A program made the translations under genes and the position numbers. Source: Fibrobacteria bacterium (GTDB taxonomy: Bacteria; Fibrobacterota; Fibrobacteria; UBA11236). Taken from it: a stretch of DNA of 64,000 bases. Position 1 is the first letter of the stretch. Every line of letters starts with the position of its first letter. This document shows positions 31,250-41,291 of this stretch, one piece after another. Below the pieces are notes generated by a model, which was given only the letters and a program-made list of their open reading frames with translations, was not told where the DNA came from and did no database searches. The stretch covers positions 78,048 to 142,047 of the forward strand of contig JANYDA010000048.1 of the NCBI GenBank assembly GCA_025360005.1. The letters run 5' to 3'.

Positions 31250-32131
31250 ATGTACGTCATTACCGGAGCCACTGGGCATATCGGAGGCGGGATAGCGGAG
31301 AAGCTGCTCGCGGACGGGAAGAAGGTCAAGGTCATCGCCCGCGATCGATCCAAGCTGGCCGGCTTGGAGGCCAAGGGCGCTGAAGTAGCGGAGGGAAACC
31401 TGGAGGATACGGTGTTCCTGGCCAAAAACTTCGTGGGCGCGGAGGGCGTGTTCGTGCTTATCCCTCCCGATTTGCGCAGCGATGACGTAGCCGCCCACCA
31501 GGACCGCGTCGGCGCATCCATCGCCAAGGCCATTGCCGAATCCGGCGTGCGCTACGTGGTGAACCTGAGCAGCATGGGTTCGGACCTGCCCAAGGGCAAC
31601 GGCCCCATCGCGGGCACGTACCGGCAGGAGCAGCGTTTGAACGCCTTGTCCGGGGTGAACGTGCTGCATTTGCGGCCGGGGTATTTCATGGAGAATCTGT
31701 ACAATAGCATCGGCATGATCAAGAACATGGGCATCAACGGATCGCCCTTGAAGGGTGATCTGGCCATCGCCCAGATCGCCACCAAGGATATCGCCGCGCA
31801 TGGGGCCAAGCGGCTGGTGAGCAAGGATTTCTCCGGCAAGTCGGTGCAAGAGCTGCTGGGAGCCAGGGATTTGTCCATGCAGGAGGCGACGCGCGTCATC
31901 GGCGCCGCCATCGGCAAACCGGACCTCCCGTACGTGCAATTTCCTTATGAGGATGCGCTCAAGGGGATGGTGGCCGCGGGCCTGTCCCAGAACATGGCGG
32001 AGGGCTTCGTGGAAATGAACAAGGGATTCAACGACGGCATCCTGGGCAAAGCGGCTAGAACCGCGTCGAATACCACTCCCACCACTATTGAGGAATTCGC
32101 CAAGGAATTCGCCCGCGCTTACCAATCGTAA
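31250..32131 (+). CDS. NmrA-like NAD(P)H-binding (atypical SDR) protein
   Basis: ITGATGHIG, LRPGYFMENL, IATKDIA; AGGA RBS. Confidence 0.9.
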   Translation: MYVITGATGHIGGGIAEKLLADGKKVKVIARDRSKLAGLEAKGAEVAEGNLEDTVFLAKNFVGAEGVFVLIPPDLRSDDVAAHQDRVGASIAKAIAESGVRYVVNLSSMGSDLPKGNGPIAGTYRQEQRLNALSGVNVLHLRPGYFMENLYNSIGMIKNMGINGSPLKGDLAIAQIATKDIAAHGAKRLVSKDFSGKSVQELLGARDLSMQEATRVIGAAIGKPDLPYVQFPYEDALKGMVAAGLSQNMAEGFVEMNKGFNDGILGKAARTASNTTPTTIEEFAKEFARAYQS

Positions 32132-32141
32132 AGCATTTCCG

Positions 32142-32173
32142 CACCCGGACGAACGGCCGCGACCGGGTGTTTT
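32142..32173 (+). terminator. Possible intrinsic terminator
   Basis: CACCCGG / CCGGGTG stem followed by TTTT, just after the NmrA-like gene. Confidence 0.4.
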
Positions 32174-32488
32174 ACGCTTGTATTGGCCGGGCCGCGGTGC
32201 TACAATCTCCCAGTCACGGCGATAGTAGGGACATCCCCACCTTCCCTGCTATCGTTTCGGCCCGGCGGTCCCTAGCCGCCGGGCCCTTTTATTTCCGGTC
32301 ATCCAAGAGGTGTCTATTATCCTGTCGAAAACAGGCCGGCCGCAGGATTGTCCCAACTGCTTACCGGTAGGCGTTGCCGGAGTGGGTTTCCGCGGCGCCG
32401 CGTCCGGGTTTTCGTCCGGCATACCCGAATAATCCTCAAGTTCCCGGTACCGTCCCGGCTGGACCGGAGCGGTGGAATTCCGGATATT

Positions 32489-33007
32489 ATGGGCATGGAT
32501 GCAGGCGGTCTTTTCCAAAAGCGGAAACAGAAACTCTACGTAGGATACGATCATTACGCGGACGGGCTCTACTATGAAGGCTTGCGGCGGTTGTATTCCT
32601 CCTTGTACGAAATGGCGCGCGACAACTCGCTGGAGAGGGAGTTGGACGGAGACGATGCCGAAGGATTCGTCCGCCGCGCGCGCGAAGAGGCGCTCGACGG
32701 TTGCGCCGGCGTTATCGTTCTGTGCGGGGAGCGGACCCATCTCAGCAAATTCGTGGACTGGGAAATCAAGGCCGCCCTCGATCGCAGACTCAGCCTGATC
32801 GGCATCATCCTTCCCACCAATCCCTCACTCGATCAAAACAAGCCTTTGCTGCCGGAGCGCCTGGGGGTGAATTTCGACGGCGGCTTCGCGGTGATCTGCC
32901 GCTGGATGGAAATCGCTTCCGCCCAGGTGGATTTGGGGTCGCGCATCCGCTTCGCCATGGAGCAGTCGCCGGAGCGCATCGACAATAGCCTGCCGCTGCG
33001 CTCGTGA
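32489..33007 (+). CDS. TIR-like domain protein (DUF1863/MTH538, Thoeris ThsB-like)
   Basis: VIVLCGERT, KFVDWEIKAAL with the catalytic Glu, LIGIILP, LPERL, IDNS. Confidence 0.8.
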   Translation: MGMDAGGLFQKRKQKLYVGYDHYADGLYYEGLRRLYSSLYEMARDNSLERELDGDDAEGFVRRAREEALDGCAGVIVLCGERTHLSKFVDWEIKAALDRRLSLIGIILPTNPSLDQNKPLLPERLGVNFDGGFAVICRWMEIASAQVDLGSRIRFAMEQSPERIDNSLPLRS

Positions 33008-33015
33008 CCGGCCGC

Positions 33016-33759
33016 TCATCCTTCCAACCTGAAATTGTAAGTGACCACGAAGCGGCTGGGAACCTTGGCGCCGTCCTTGATCAAGGGTTGGAACAGGCTG
33101 GCCCGGGCCGCGCGCAAGGCGCCCGCGTCGAAATCCTTCCCGGCGGCGCGCTTTACGGAAGCATCGATCACGCGCCCTTCCGCGTCGATGGTTACCCAAA
33201 CCAGCACCACGGCCTGCACTCCCTGCTCCTGGGCCCACTCCGGATAATCGGCCATCGCCTGCTTGAGGAAGCCGGGCGCACGGTCCAATTCCACGGGGGC
33301 GGGAGGCAAAAGGGCCGGGGCTTTGCGCACGATGCTGTCCGCCGGGGTAGCCAGCGTGTTACCCGTGGCCACGGCCATGTCGCCTTGGTCCGAGGTCTCA
33401 TCCTCCTGCAACCCGAAGACCGGCGGGGGCGGTTCCGCGTCAGCCGCCTTGGGAGCGGTGCGTTCTACGGGCGGCGGGGACACCTTGGGCGGTTCCTTGA
33501 CTTCCACGGGCGGCGGCGGGATCTCTTCCACCCATTCCACCGTCTCTTCCCCAGGCGGAGTATGCGCCGGGAGTTTGCCCGCAAAATAGAAGGCCAATCC
33601 CGCCGCGAACAGCGCGGCTCCCGCCAAACCCAGGTCCATGCCGCCCGGTCCCTTGACCGGAGGCAGGTGCAGGAAGATCTTTCCTGCCGTCCCATCCTTT
33701 CCGAAATAGCCTTCCTGGGGCGGGCGCCGCTTGCGTTGCCGGGATGTTGCCGGAATCAT
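33016..33759 (-). CDS. tonB: Energy transducer TonB
   Basis: TM helix, Pro-rich linker, DYPEWAQEQGVQAVV...IDAEGRV TonB_C domain. Confidence 0.88.
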   Translation of the reverse strand: MIPATSRQRKRRPPQEGYFGKDGTAGKIFLHLPPVKGPGGMDLGLAGAALFAAGLAFYFAGKLPAHTPPGEETVEWVEEIPPPPVEVKEPPKVSPPPVERTAPKAADAEPPPPVFGLQEDETSDQGDMAVATGNTLATPADSIVRKAPALLPPAPVELDRAPGFLKQAMADYPEWAQEQGVQAVVLVWVTIDAEGRVIDASVKRAAGKDFDAGALRAARASLFQPLIKDGAKVPSRFVVTYNFRLEG

Positions 33760-34166
33760 GTTCCCGCCCTCGTCACCTTGAGCGCGTATTTGCTGACGCC
33801 GGTGCCGCGCACCAGGTCGATAACGCTTACCACCTCCCGGTAAGGCAAATCCTGATCGGCGGCGATGAGCACCTGATGCTCTACGTCCCGGCCGACCGCT
33901 ACGCGCAACAGGGCGCAGACCTGGGCCGAGTCCTTAAGCTCCCCGTCCAGGAAAAGGCGGTGATCCTTGTCCAGCACCAGGCCGGAAGCCTTGGGCGCCT
34001 CCGAGCCCGCATGGGCCGCCTTGGGCAGGTTGACGGGGATCTGCCGCTGATCCACCACGGAGCTGGTGATCATGAAGATGATGAGCAGCACCAGGAAGAT
34101 ATCCACCAATGGCGTGATGTTGATCGCAGATATGATTTCGTCGTCGGAGGCGGTCATGGAGGCCAT
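33756..34166 (-). CDS. exbD: Biopolymer transporter ExbD
   Basis: INITPLVDIFLVLLIIFMIT, IAADQDLPY; TAATG overlap with exbB. Confidence 0.92.
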   Translation of the reverse strand: MASMTASDDEIISAINITPLVDIFLVLLIIFMITSSVVDQRQIPVNLPKAAHAGSEAPKASGLVLDKDHRLFLDGELKDSAQVCALLRVAVGRDVEHQVLIAADQDLPYREVVSVIDLVRGTGVSKYALKVTRAGT

Positions 34167-34822
34167 TATTCCGCCCTTCCGTTGGCATAGACGAGGTTGG
34201 CCTGCATGCTGCGGGCCACAATCAGGCCGCGGACTTCCCGCGCCCCCTCCAGGACGGTGCGCGAACGCTGCTTCAGGATGTTGAAGAACACCACCGCCGG
34301 GATGGCCACCACCAGGCCCACCGCCGTGGCTATCAAGGCCTGCGAGATGGCGACCATGACTTCCGTGCTGCCTTTGCCTCCGGACGCCGCGAAGCGCTCG
34401 AAGGCGACCAGGATGCCGATGACGGTGCCGGTCAGCCCCAGGAAGGGCGCGTTGGATCCCACCGTGCCCAGGAAGGAAAGCCCCTTCTCCAGTTCGCGCT
34501 TCTCGGCGGATTCCTGCACGTCGAAGACCTTTTCCAAAGCGTCCGAGGCGAGCCCTTGGTTGGCGAGTCCGGTGCGGACCACGCGGCCGGCCAGGGTAGC
34601 GTCGTCTTCCGGAGTGAGGATCATGGATGGGATGCGGGGGCTGGCCATCTCCTGGGCGAGGATGCGGATCCATTTCTGGGGCTTGCCTTGCGCTTTGGCG
34701 TAGCTGCGCCATCGCCAGCAGAAGATGGCCAGGGAGGCCGCGCCGAGCAGGGCGAGCAGGACCAAGAGGCTTTTCTCCAGGATGAGCAGGGCCGGGGCCA
34801 GGTGTTGGATGATGTCGTTCAT
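34166..34822 (-). CDS. exbB: MotA/TolQ/ExbB proton-channel protein
   Basis: LGTVGSNAPFLGLTGTVIGI, ISQALIATAVGLVVAIPAV; AAGGAG RBS. Confidence 0.92.
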   Translation of the reverse strand: MNDIIQHLAPALLILEKSLLVLLALLGAASLAIFCWRWRSYAKAQGKPQKWIRILAQEMASPRIPSMILTPEDDATLAGRVVRTGLANQGLASDALEKVFDVQESAEKRELEKGLSFLGTVGSNAPFLGLTGTVIGILVAFERFAASGGKGSTEVMVAISQALIATAVGLVVAIPAVVFFNILKQRSRTVLEGAREVRGLIVARSMQANLVYANGRAE

Positions 34823-34863
34823 GGGATGTCTCCTTTTATGTTATCGCGGCTGGGCCGCTTGGT

Positions 34864-34886
34864 GTTACCGTCTTACCTAAGTTACC
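34864..34886. repeat. Three tandem GTTACC-like half-sites upstream of exbB
   Basis: GTTACC-GT-CTTACC-TAA-GTTACC. Confidence 0.5.
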
Positions 34887-34949
34887 CTGGTCAGGGACGC
34901 TTCCGGATTTTAATCCGGCGTAATGCCGTTTCCGGGCGATGAAATGCAT

Positions 34950-36254
34950 TCACCGGCCTTTGGTGCGCATCCAGGCGTTCCGCAACGCGGAGACCGGAAT
35001 GGTGTCGCGCACGGCTTGGATCTGGATCGCGAAACTGTCGGCTATGGCGGCGGAGAAATATCCGTCCCCGTTCGCGACATTGCTGTAGCGCAGCACGTTC
35101 TGGGCCCGGCTGCTGCCCCCGCCCAGGCCGGAACCCGTGCTGGTGCCGGACTGGATGAGGCCTTTGTAGTACTCGTAGTACAAAGGATCCACGCTGTAGG
35201 CGTGCAGGACATTGCGGCCGGTATAGCCCCAAACGCTGTTGGAAAGGCGCAGCGTGTCCGGATAGCCTTTGAGATCGGCGGCATAGGATCCGTTGACCTG
35301 GAGCGCGCGCGTCTGGCCGCGCTGATAGTAGTTGGCGCTGTCCAACTTTTGGTTGAACGCATCGTCAAGGATCTTTTGCAAGGGATCGTAAATACGCGCC
35401 CGGGTGGAATCGAAATGCTGGGACAGGATCACGCCCCCGAAATCCGCCTTGTCGATCACCTGGCCGAACAACCAGGGCAGGGAATAGCGGTGCTGGCTCG
35501 CGCCGGAATAGTCGATGGCGGTCGACGCGTCGAAGATATAGAACACGGTATCCTCGCGGCGCACCGGTCGGAACACGGTCTGTCCTTGCAGGTATTGCGA
35601 GAAGTCCGCCTCCGTGATCCCGCGGTCGGCCAGGGAACGGATGGCTTCCAGGCTGTCGTACAAGCTTTTACGATACGCCGTGTCCTGGCCGGCGCGGGCG
35701 TAAGATGCCGGCGGCAGTCCCCCGGAGAGGGTAGGATGCAGGGCCTCCATGGGCATCCAGGCGAGGGAGTCCAAGGAATACCGGGCCGGAACCTTGGTGG
35801 TGGCAGTGAGGATTTCCGACTGGTACGCCGAACCCGAGGGGAAATCCGACGCTGCGTTCCAACGGACCTGTGCCTTGAAGGCATATTCCGTGCCGCGTTT
35901 GATCCGGTAGGCGGTATCTTCGGACACCCAGGCCGAGGCTCTTCCCGGCACCGGCCGGAAGCGCAGAACGGTACCCGTGGGGGACTCGGAGACCTCGATG
36001 CGGCTTTGCGCCGTGTCCACGAATGCCAGGGAGGAGTCGGTCTTGCCGGCCAGGGGCAAGGGGCGCTCCAACCACAAGGTGTCCAGGGGCCGGTCCGCCA
36101 CCAGCAGCAGGGAGACCCACAACTTGGCGGGTTGCGGACCGTCCACGGCCTGCATGTTCCACGGGCCGTTGCAGGCGGCGGCGCCCAGGCCGGCCAAGGC
36201 CGCCAGGGCCGCCAGCGCGGAAAATTTCGGGTAAGTCTTGGGCGTATTATTCAT
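34950..36254 (-). CDS. Lipoprotein partner of the TonB-dependent receptor (DUF4249-like)
   Basis: Lipobox AAAC, C-terminal YSNVANGDGYF; GGAGG RBS. Confidence 0.7.
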   Translation of the reverse strand: MNNTPKTYPKFSALAALAALAGLGAAACNGPWNMQAVDGPQPAKLWVSLLLVADRPLDTLWLERPLPLAGKTDSSLAFVDTAQSRIEVSESPTGTVLRFRPVPGRASAWVSEDTAYRIKRGTEYAFKAQVRWNAASDFPSGSAYQSEILTATTKVPARYSLDSLAWMPMEALHPTLSGGLPPASYARAGQDTAYRKSLYDSLEAIRSLADRGITEADFSQYLQGQTVFRPVRREDTVFYIFDASTAIDYSGASQHRYSLPWLFGQVIDKADFGGVILSQHFDSTRARIYDPLQKILDDAFNQKLDSANYYQRGQTRALQVNGSYAADLKGYPDTLRLSNSVWGYTGRNVLHAYSVDPLYYEYYKGLIQSGTSTGSGLGGGSSRAQNVLRYSNVANGDGYFSAAIADSFAIQIQAVRDTIPVSALRNAWMRTKGR

Positions 36255-36279
36255 GGTAACCTCCGTGGTACATCCGTTT

Positions 36280-38802
36280 TCAGAATTGGTATTCATAGCC
36301 GACCAATATGGGGAGCAGGGGTATCTGGTAGGTTTCCTGCTTCTGGGGGGGATTCTTGCTGGTGTCGAAGTTGATCAGGAATACGTTCTGCCGGTCCGTA
36401 AGGTTGAGGATGGTCCAGTACAGCCGCCACTTGCCTTCCCGTCCCCAATCGAATACGGTAGCATCCAGGCGGAAATAGTCTTTGCGGACGGTTCCGTTAT
36501 GGCGGCCCTGGCGCAGGTAGGTGTTGTCCTTGAGATAGGTGGCGGGGCCCGCGCCGTCGCCGCCGTCCGCGCCTTGGTCCGGTTCATGCACCGAGTAATA
36601 GTCCTCGAACTGGGTATAGGGCAGGCCGGTATGGTAATTGGCCTGCAAGGTAGTGCGCAGAAAAAGACCTCGTTTGCCCGAATTCCAGAAAGAATTTTCC
36701 GGCTTCCCGCGCCAGTTGAGATTGAGCTTGGCCTTCACCGTGTTGCGCTGATCCCAATCGGCGGCATAGGCTTCAAAGCTGTGGGTGCCGAGAGAGTTGG
36801 TGTAGTCCTTTTGCCGCAGCACGGCCTGGGAAACGCCCCAACTGGCTTCGCCGCTCAGCGCGCCTTCTTCCCGCGCAACCGTCAGTTCCGTCCCCGCGGC
36901 ATAACCGTCCTGGGTGGTGAAATCATCGGAGATCTGGCTGCCGCTCGCCTGGATCTCGGCCTGGGTACGGTAGGGAAAGTATAACGGCAGATCCCGGATA
37001 TCCTTGTAATAGCCCTCCAGGGAAACCTTCAGATGCAAGCTGGTAAGGTCGGACCGTTCCGCGCCCAGGGAAAGCAGGGTGGAGTGCGAAGGCTTGATGG
37101 ATCCTTTCGCCGGATACCAGAATTCATTGAAGGTTTCCTGATCCGTCCAGCGGATGCTGGTCAGGTATTGGTGGTAGATGCCGGCATGCGCGTCCAGCCG
37201 CCAGTCCCGCGTGGGCCTCCAGGTATAGGTGGCGCGAGGATCCCAGGACATATCGTTGAGTTCCGGATACAGGTAGCCGCGCAATCCTACCGTCAGGCTG
37301 TGCTGGGGGGACAATACCCACCGATCCTGCAGGTAGCCCGCATAGAGATCGGTGGAGGTCTTGTCCTGGGTGTCGACGTTGGAGCTTTCCTGGCCGATGG
37401 CGGCGCGGAAATGGTTGTACTCGCCGCCCATGGTAAGCAGATGACCGGCCCCGGCGTTCAGGGACAATTCCTGGCGCGCGTTCCAATCCTCCATGGAGTT
37501 GCTCAGGCTCTGGATGTCCCCGAATTTCCATTTCTGCGAGAAGCGGGAATAGGCCATGGTACCTGAATATTCCCAGCGCTCCCCCAGGCGCAGCTTGAGG
37601 TTGACGGGAATGGCCGTGTTACCCCAGGTTATGTTGATGGGATCCAAGGTCAAATCGTCCTGCCCCTGATAGGCGGAGACGCGCAGGGTATCGCCGCCTT
37701 TGCCGTATGCCACGCTGCCCTGGGCGTCATAGAAGTAATAGGGCAGACTCAGACTGGTCACGCCTAGGGCCCGCCCGGCCGAGAGGGCCTCATCGATCCA
37801 AGTGCGCCGGCCGGCGCCTACCCAGGACCAGTTGCCTTTGCGGCCGTCGGTCTCCAGGGATCCGGAAAGCGTGGTAACGCGCGCGGTACCTTGGGCCCAG
37901 GTTTCCCGCGCGGCTCCGGTATCGGTGGCGCCGCCGTCCTTGCTGGTCACCGACAGCACCGAGCTCAGGCGATCGCCATAGCGGGAATCGAATCCGCCCT
38001 TGTAGAAGTCCATGCCGCCCACGGCGTCGGCCAGGAAGGTGCTGAAGATGCCGCCGAAATGCATGGGCGAATACACGATGGCGTTGTCGAAGAGGATCAG
38101 GTTCTGATCGCTTGCCGATCCGCGCACGTAAAGCTTGGTGGAAAAGTCCGAAGAGGCGACCACGCCCGGCAGCGCCTGCACGGCGCGGATGACGTCCGGT
38201 TCCGCGAGCCCGGGAAGCCGTTTGATCTCCTTGGCGCTGACATGGCTTTGGCCCGCGGCGCGCGCGGGGCGGCGGCGCGCCTTCACGTTCACGGTGCGGC
38301 CGGAATTCTCGCGCCCGCCGTCCACCACGGTGGCGGAGGCCGCCATCGCCGCAGCGGCCGTGGAAGCGCCGGCTCCCGGGGATGCCGGAACCGTATCGGT
38401 CCCGAAGGCCCCGGAAAAATACTCGGGACCCGCGGATGCGGCCGTGTCCGCGGTGAAGGCGAGAGGGGCCAGATCAAGGGTGTCGTAGGCGCCGGCGCTC
38501 ACCGAGGTGCAGGCCCGCCGCGCGCCGTCCACGAGGCAAAGCTCCAACCGCGAGCTCCGGGCGGCGCTGTCGAGGGGGAGGGAGGCGGTCCAAGCGCCCG
38601 CGGAATCCACCGGGAACTCGGATCCTCCCAGGGAAATGCGCGAGCCCGCCGGAGCCGAACCGCGGAAGACCACGGTGCCGGGTGCGCTCTTTATCAGCGC
38701 GGCGCCCGCGCTATCCGGGGCCGCTGCGGTCCCTCCGTCCGGGGAGGGAGTCGCCAGGGCCGACGAGGCCGTCCACATCAACGCAACAATGAGCCGATTC
38801 AT
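36280..38802 (-). CDS. TonB-dependent outer-membrane receptor
   Basis: Plug DVIRAVQALPGV...YVRGSASDQNLILFD, YKGGFDSRYG, C-terminal beta-barrel ending GYEYQF. Confidence 0.92.
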   Translation of the reverse strand: MNRLIVALMWTASSALATPSPDGGTAAAPDSAGAALIKSAPGTVVFRGSAPAGSRISLGGSEFPVDSAGAWTASLPLDSAARSSRLELCLVDGARRACTSVSAGAYDTLDLAPLAFTADTAASAGPEYFSGAFGTDTVPASPGAGASTAAAAMAASATVVDGGRENSGRTVNVKARRRPARAAGQSHVSAKEIKRLPGLAEPDVIRAVQALPGVVASSDFSTKLYVRGSASDQNLILFDNAIVYSPMHFGGIFSTFLADAVGGMDFYKGGFDSRYGDRLSSVLSVTSKDGGATDTGAARETWAQGTARVTTLSGSLETDGRKGNWSWVGAGRRTWIDEALSAGRALGVTSLSLPYYFYDAQGSVAYGKGGDTLRVSAYQGQDDLTLDPINITWGNTAIPVNLKLRLGERWEYSGTMAYSRFSQKWKFGDIQSLSNSMEDWNARQELSLNAGAGHLLTMGGEYNHFRAAIGQESSNVDTQDKTSTDLYAGYLQDRWVLSPQHSLTVGLRGYLYPELNDMSWDPRATYTWRPTRDWRLDAHAGIYHQYLTSIRWTDQETFNEFWYPAKGSIKPSHSTLLSLGAERSDLTSLHLKVSLEGYYKDIRDLPLYFPYRTQAEIQASGSQISDDFTTQDGYAAGTELTVAREEGALSGEASWGVSQAVLRQKDYTNSLGTHSFEAYAADWDQRNTVKAKLNLNWRGKPENSFWNSGKRGLFLRTTLQANYHTGLPYTQFEDYYSVHEPDQGADGGDGAGPATYLKDNTYLRQGRHNGTVRKDYFRLDATVFDWGREGKWRLYWTILNLTDRQNVFLINFDTSKNPPQKQETYQIPLLPILVGYEYQF

Positions 38803-38884
38803 CCGATTTCCTTTCCGCGGCGGCAATCGCGCCGCGCATGCAAGGAAATATACGGGTTGCCGAAATGCGCGGGTTTTCCCGGTC

Positions 38885-38936
38885 GGCGTACTGTCGGATT
38901 GTGCCGTCGAACGGTCGAAAGCGGTTCCCGGAACGT
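38885..38936 (-). promoter_or_regulatory. Candidate LytTR-binding direct repeats
   Basis: Minus-strand ACGTTCCGG, CCGTTCGAC and CAGTACGCC at 22- and 21-bp periods; TATATT -10-like hexamer at 38852-38847. Confidence 0.45.
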
Positions 38937-39023
38937 CCCCTTGGGTAACTTGCAAGGTACTGCGGGGCCGGGAAGCCGCAGGCGATACGGAGGGCCGGGG
39001 CGCCGCCATCCGCCAAATGCAGG

Positions 39024-40901
39024 TTATGGGGGGTGAACGGCATCCTCGCCGCGGGCGGCGCGGGGACCTGGGAGCGATCCGGGATCCTGGATGTTCACGT
39101 CCGCCTGCCAGGAGTTGCCGGCCGCCGGAACCGCCCCCACGCTCAGGTTCCATCGTCCCGGAAAGGCTTCTTCCAAACGGGCCCGCACATATTTGAGGCC
39201 GGTCTCGTCGGACGCGCGCTGCCAGCGCGGCTTTAGGGGAGCCTGATGGGAAAGCCGCAGGCGCAGGCCCTTGCCGGGATGGGCCGCGAGCAGGAAGCGG
39301 ATGGCCGGAGGGCCTTCCTCGGCTTCTTCCAATCCCATTTCCAACAGGGTGTGCAGAACCATGGGAGGAATGCGCTCCTCGCCGTCCACGCCTTGGGTCT
39401 CCAGCGAAAGGGCGCGGTGCCCCCGCAGTCCCATCACTTCAAGGTGGGAGCGGCACAGTTTGATCTCTTCGGCCAAGGGGATGATCCGCTCTGAGGACAG
39501 TTTGAGCACCATACGCAATTCCGAGGCCAGGGAATTGACCAGCCGGGCGGCCACTTTGGGTTCGCGCTCCAGCCAATCCGTGATCGAGCGCAGGGAGTTG
39601 AGCAGGAAGTGGGGCTGGATGTTTTTCTTGAGCAGCTCGATTTCCAGGCGCGCGCTGCGGAGATTGCTTTCTTGGAAAGCCATCCCCTGGCGGGTCAGGC
39701 GCCGCGCCAGTCCGCCGTTGAGGAATAGGATCAGGGCGGTAAGTCCCACCGCCCAGGCCCATTGCCATCGGGAAGCCTGCGTGAGGGCGACTCCGGCGAG
39801 CAGGCATAGCAGGCCCAGGCTGGCGGATCCGCTGCCCGGCTTCTTCTTCCATACGGCCCAAGCCGAAATCCCCAGCGAGAGCAAAATGGTGGCGAACCCC
39901 AGGATATCGTTGGCCCCGGACACGCCGCGGAACATCCCGGCCGGGAGCAGGTCCACGATGGCCAGTTCCAAGGGCAGCATTATCGAGGCCACGATGGTTC
40001 CCAGCAGCCAGTACCAGCGGCGCGCTGCTCTGGTGAATTCGCTCAGGAAGAACATGGGCAGGGATATCATCATGATTCCCCAGGCCAAGGTGGTGGCCGC
40101 ATCCGCCCATATGAAGGTGGGCATTTTCACGTTCAGGTAGATGGCCGCGAACATGGGTATGCTCTGGAGCGTGCAGCCCATGCAGAATAGGCTGAAGAGG
40201 CCGTAGGTGGGCTGGATCCGGTTCATGAAGTTGGCGAAATGGAAAATGCTGGTGATGAAGAAGATGCCCATCAGGAATACCAACAGGGCGATCTGCCCGT
40301 GCATGGCGTTCTGCAAGGGTTTCAGGCCGCCCAGCTTGACGTAGCCCATGCCTCCCGTGAAGGTGCGGAAGTTGGATATCCTCAGGGCCAGCATGTGTTC
40401 TCCCGGCCCGCACAGTTTCCAGGGGATGGTGATGGACTGGAACATCCGCCCCGGTTTTTCCCCGGCCGCGTCGGCGGCTACCCGTCCGTTGCTGCCCACC
40501 TGCAACCCGTCCCAGAAAACTTCCTGAGCGTCCGGGTTATGGAAGGCGTTCAGATAAAGGGGCTCCAGGGAATCGATAGGATCCTGCAAACGAATACGGG
40601 CGCGATACCAAATGATTCCCTTGGGAGGCAGCCCATCCGCTATCCAGGTCCGCAGGGCTCCGGAGTTCAGCTTCCAATCTCCGTCGGGCCAAGCGGGAGC
40701 GGCCCAGGCGGTATCGTCTCCGGTATGGTATTTCCATTTCTCCAGGAAGACAACGTCCTGGGAGCTCGCGTTCCAGGTATAAGACGCGTCGCCTTCCGCC
40801 GGGATCGCGGCGTCCCTCCCAGGTAACGCCAAAGCTACTGCGGAAAGGAGCGAACCGCACGCCAAGGCGGCCAGGATGAAGGCAGTACCCCGCGAACCCA
40901 T
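39024..40901 (-). CDS. LytS-type membrane sensor with sugar-binding-like periplasmic domain; ATP-binding boxes degenerate (probable pseudokinase)
   Basis: H-box NIQPHFLLNSL intact; N-box LEMGLEE, G1 SHQA and G2 ETGL deviate from ENGLTHG / NDG / GTGL. Confidence 0.8.
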   Translation of the reverse strand: MGSRGTAFILAALACGSLLSAVALALPGRDAAIPAEGDASYTWNASSQDVVFLEKWKYHTGDDTAWAAPAWPDGDWKLNSGALRTWIADGLPPKGIIWYRARIRLQDPIDSLEPLYLNAFHNPDAQEVFWDGLQVGSNGRVAADAAGEKPGRMFQSITIPWKLCGPGEHMLALRISNFRTFTGGMGYVKLGGLKPLQNAMHGQIALLVFLMGIFFITSIFHFANFMNRIQPTYGLFSLFCMGCTLQSIPMFAAIYLNVKMPTFIWADAATTLAWGIMMISLPMFFLSEFTRAARRWYWLLGTIVASIMLPLELAIVDLLPAGMFRGVSGANDILGFATILLSLGISAWAVWKKKPGSGSASLGLLCLLAGVALTQASRWQWAWAVGLTALILFLNGGLARRLTRQGMAFQESNLRSARLEIELLKKNIQPHFLLNSLRSITDWLEREPKVAARLVNSLASELRMVLKLSSERIIPLAEEIKLCRSHLEVMGLRGHRALSLETQGVDGEERIPPMVLHTLLEMGLEEAEEGPPAIRFLLAAHPGKGLRLRLSHQAPLKPRWQRASDETGLKYVRARLEEAFPGRWNLSVGAVPAAGNSWQADVNIQDPGSLPGPRAARGEDAVHPP

Positions 40902-41287
40902 CAAGCTATCAGGTTCCGCGCCTTGACGTAACGCTCCAGGTGTCGCCGCAATTGTTCTTCATCCAAGGGCTTGGACAGGTATGCGAACACGCCCAAGGCG
41001 AAGGCCTCGTCGCAATAGCGGGAGTCGGCGCTGACGATGATGACCTTGTCCGCGGGCAGCTTGGATTGCCGCAGCCATTCCAGGGTATTGAAGCCGCCCA
41101 GGTTCAGGTCCAGGAAAATCAGGTCCGGGTTTTTCGCCACCTCGGCCATGGCGGCGTCCGGATCCCCGCTCCAATCGATCTCGGCGGGAATCCTGCCCCA
41201 CTCGCCCAGATCTTCCAGTAAGCGATCCAGAAGCTTACGCAGGCGGCGCGCGGCCGGGGGTTCGTCCTCAATCAGGAGTATCTTCAT
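40901..41287 (-). CDS. Single-domain response regulator (LytTR-type receiver, no output domain)
   Basis: LLIEDE, LIFLD, VS and SKP conserved; 128 aa. Confidence 0.85.
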   Translation of the reverse strand: MKILLIEDEPPAARRLRKLLDRLLEDLGEWGRIPAEIDWSGDPDAAMAEVAKNPDLIFLDLNLGGFNTLEWLRQSKLPADKVIIVSADSRYCDEAFALGVFAYLSKPLDEEQLRRHLERYVKARNLIA

Positions 41288-41291
41288 GGGA

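Noticed and set aside
31250-33007. Complete Thoeris defence system
   Set aside because: No ThsA-like SIR2-SLOG or Macro-TM gene in the window.
38803-39023. Cobalamin or TPP riboswitch upstream of the TonB-dependent receptor
   Set aside because: No B12-box or TPP core recognisable; the region is better explained by LytTR-like repeats.
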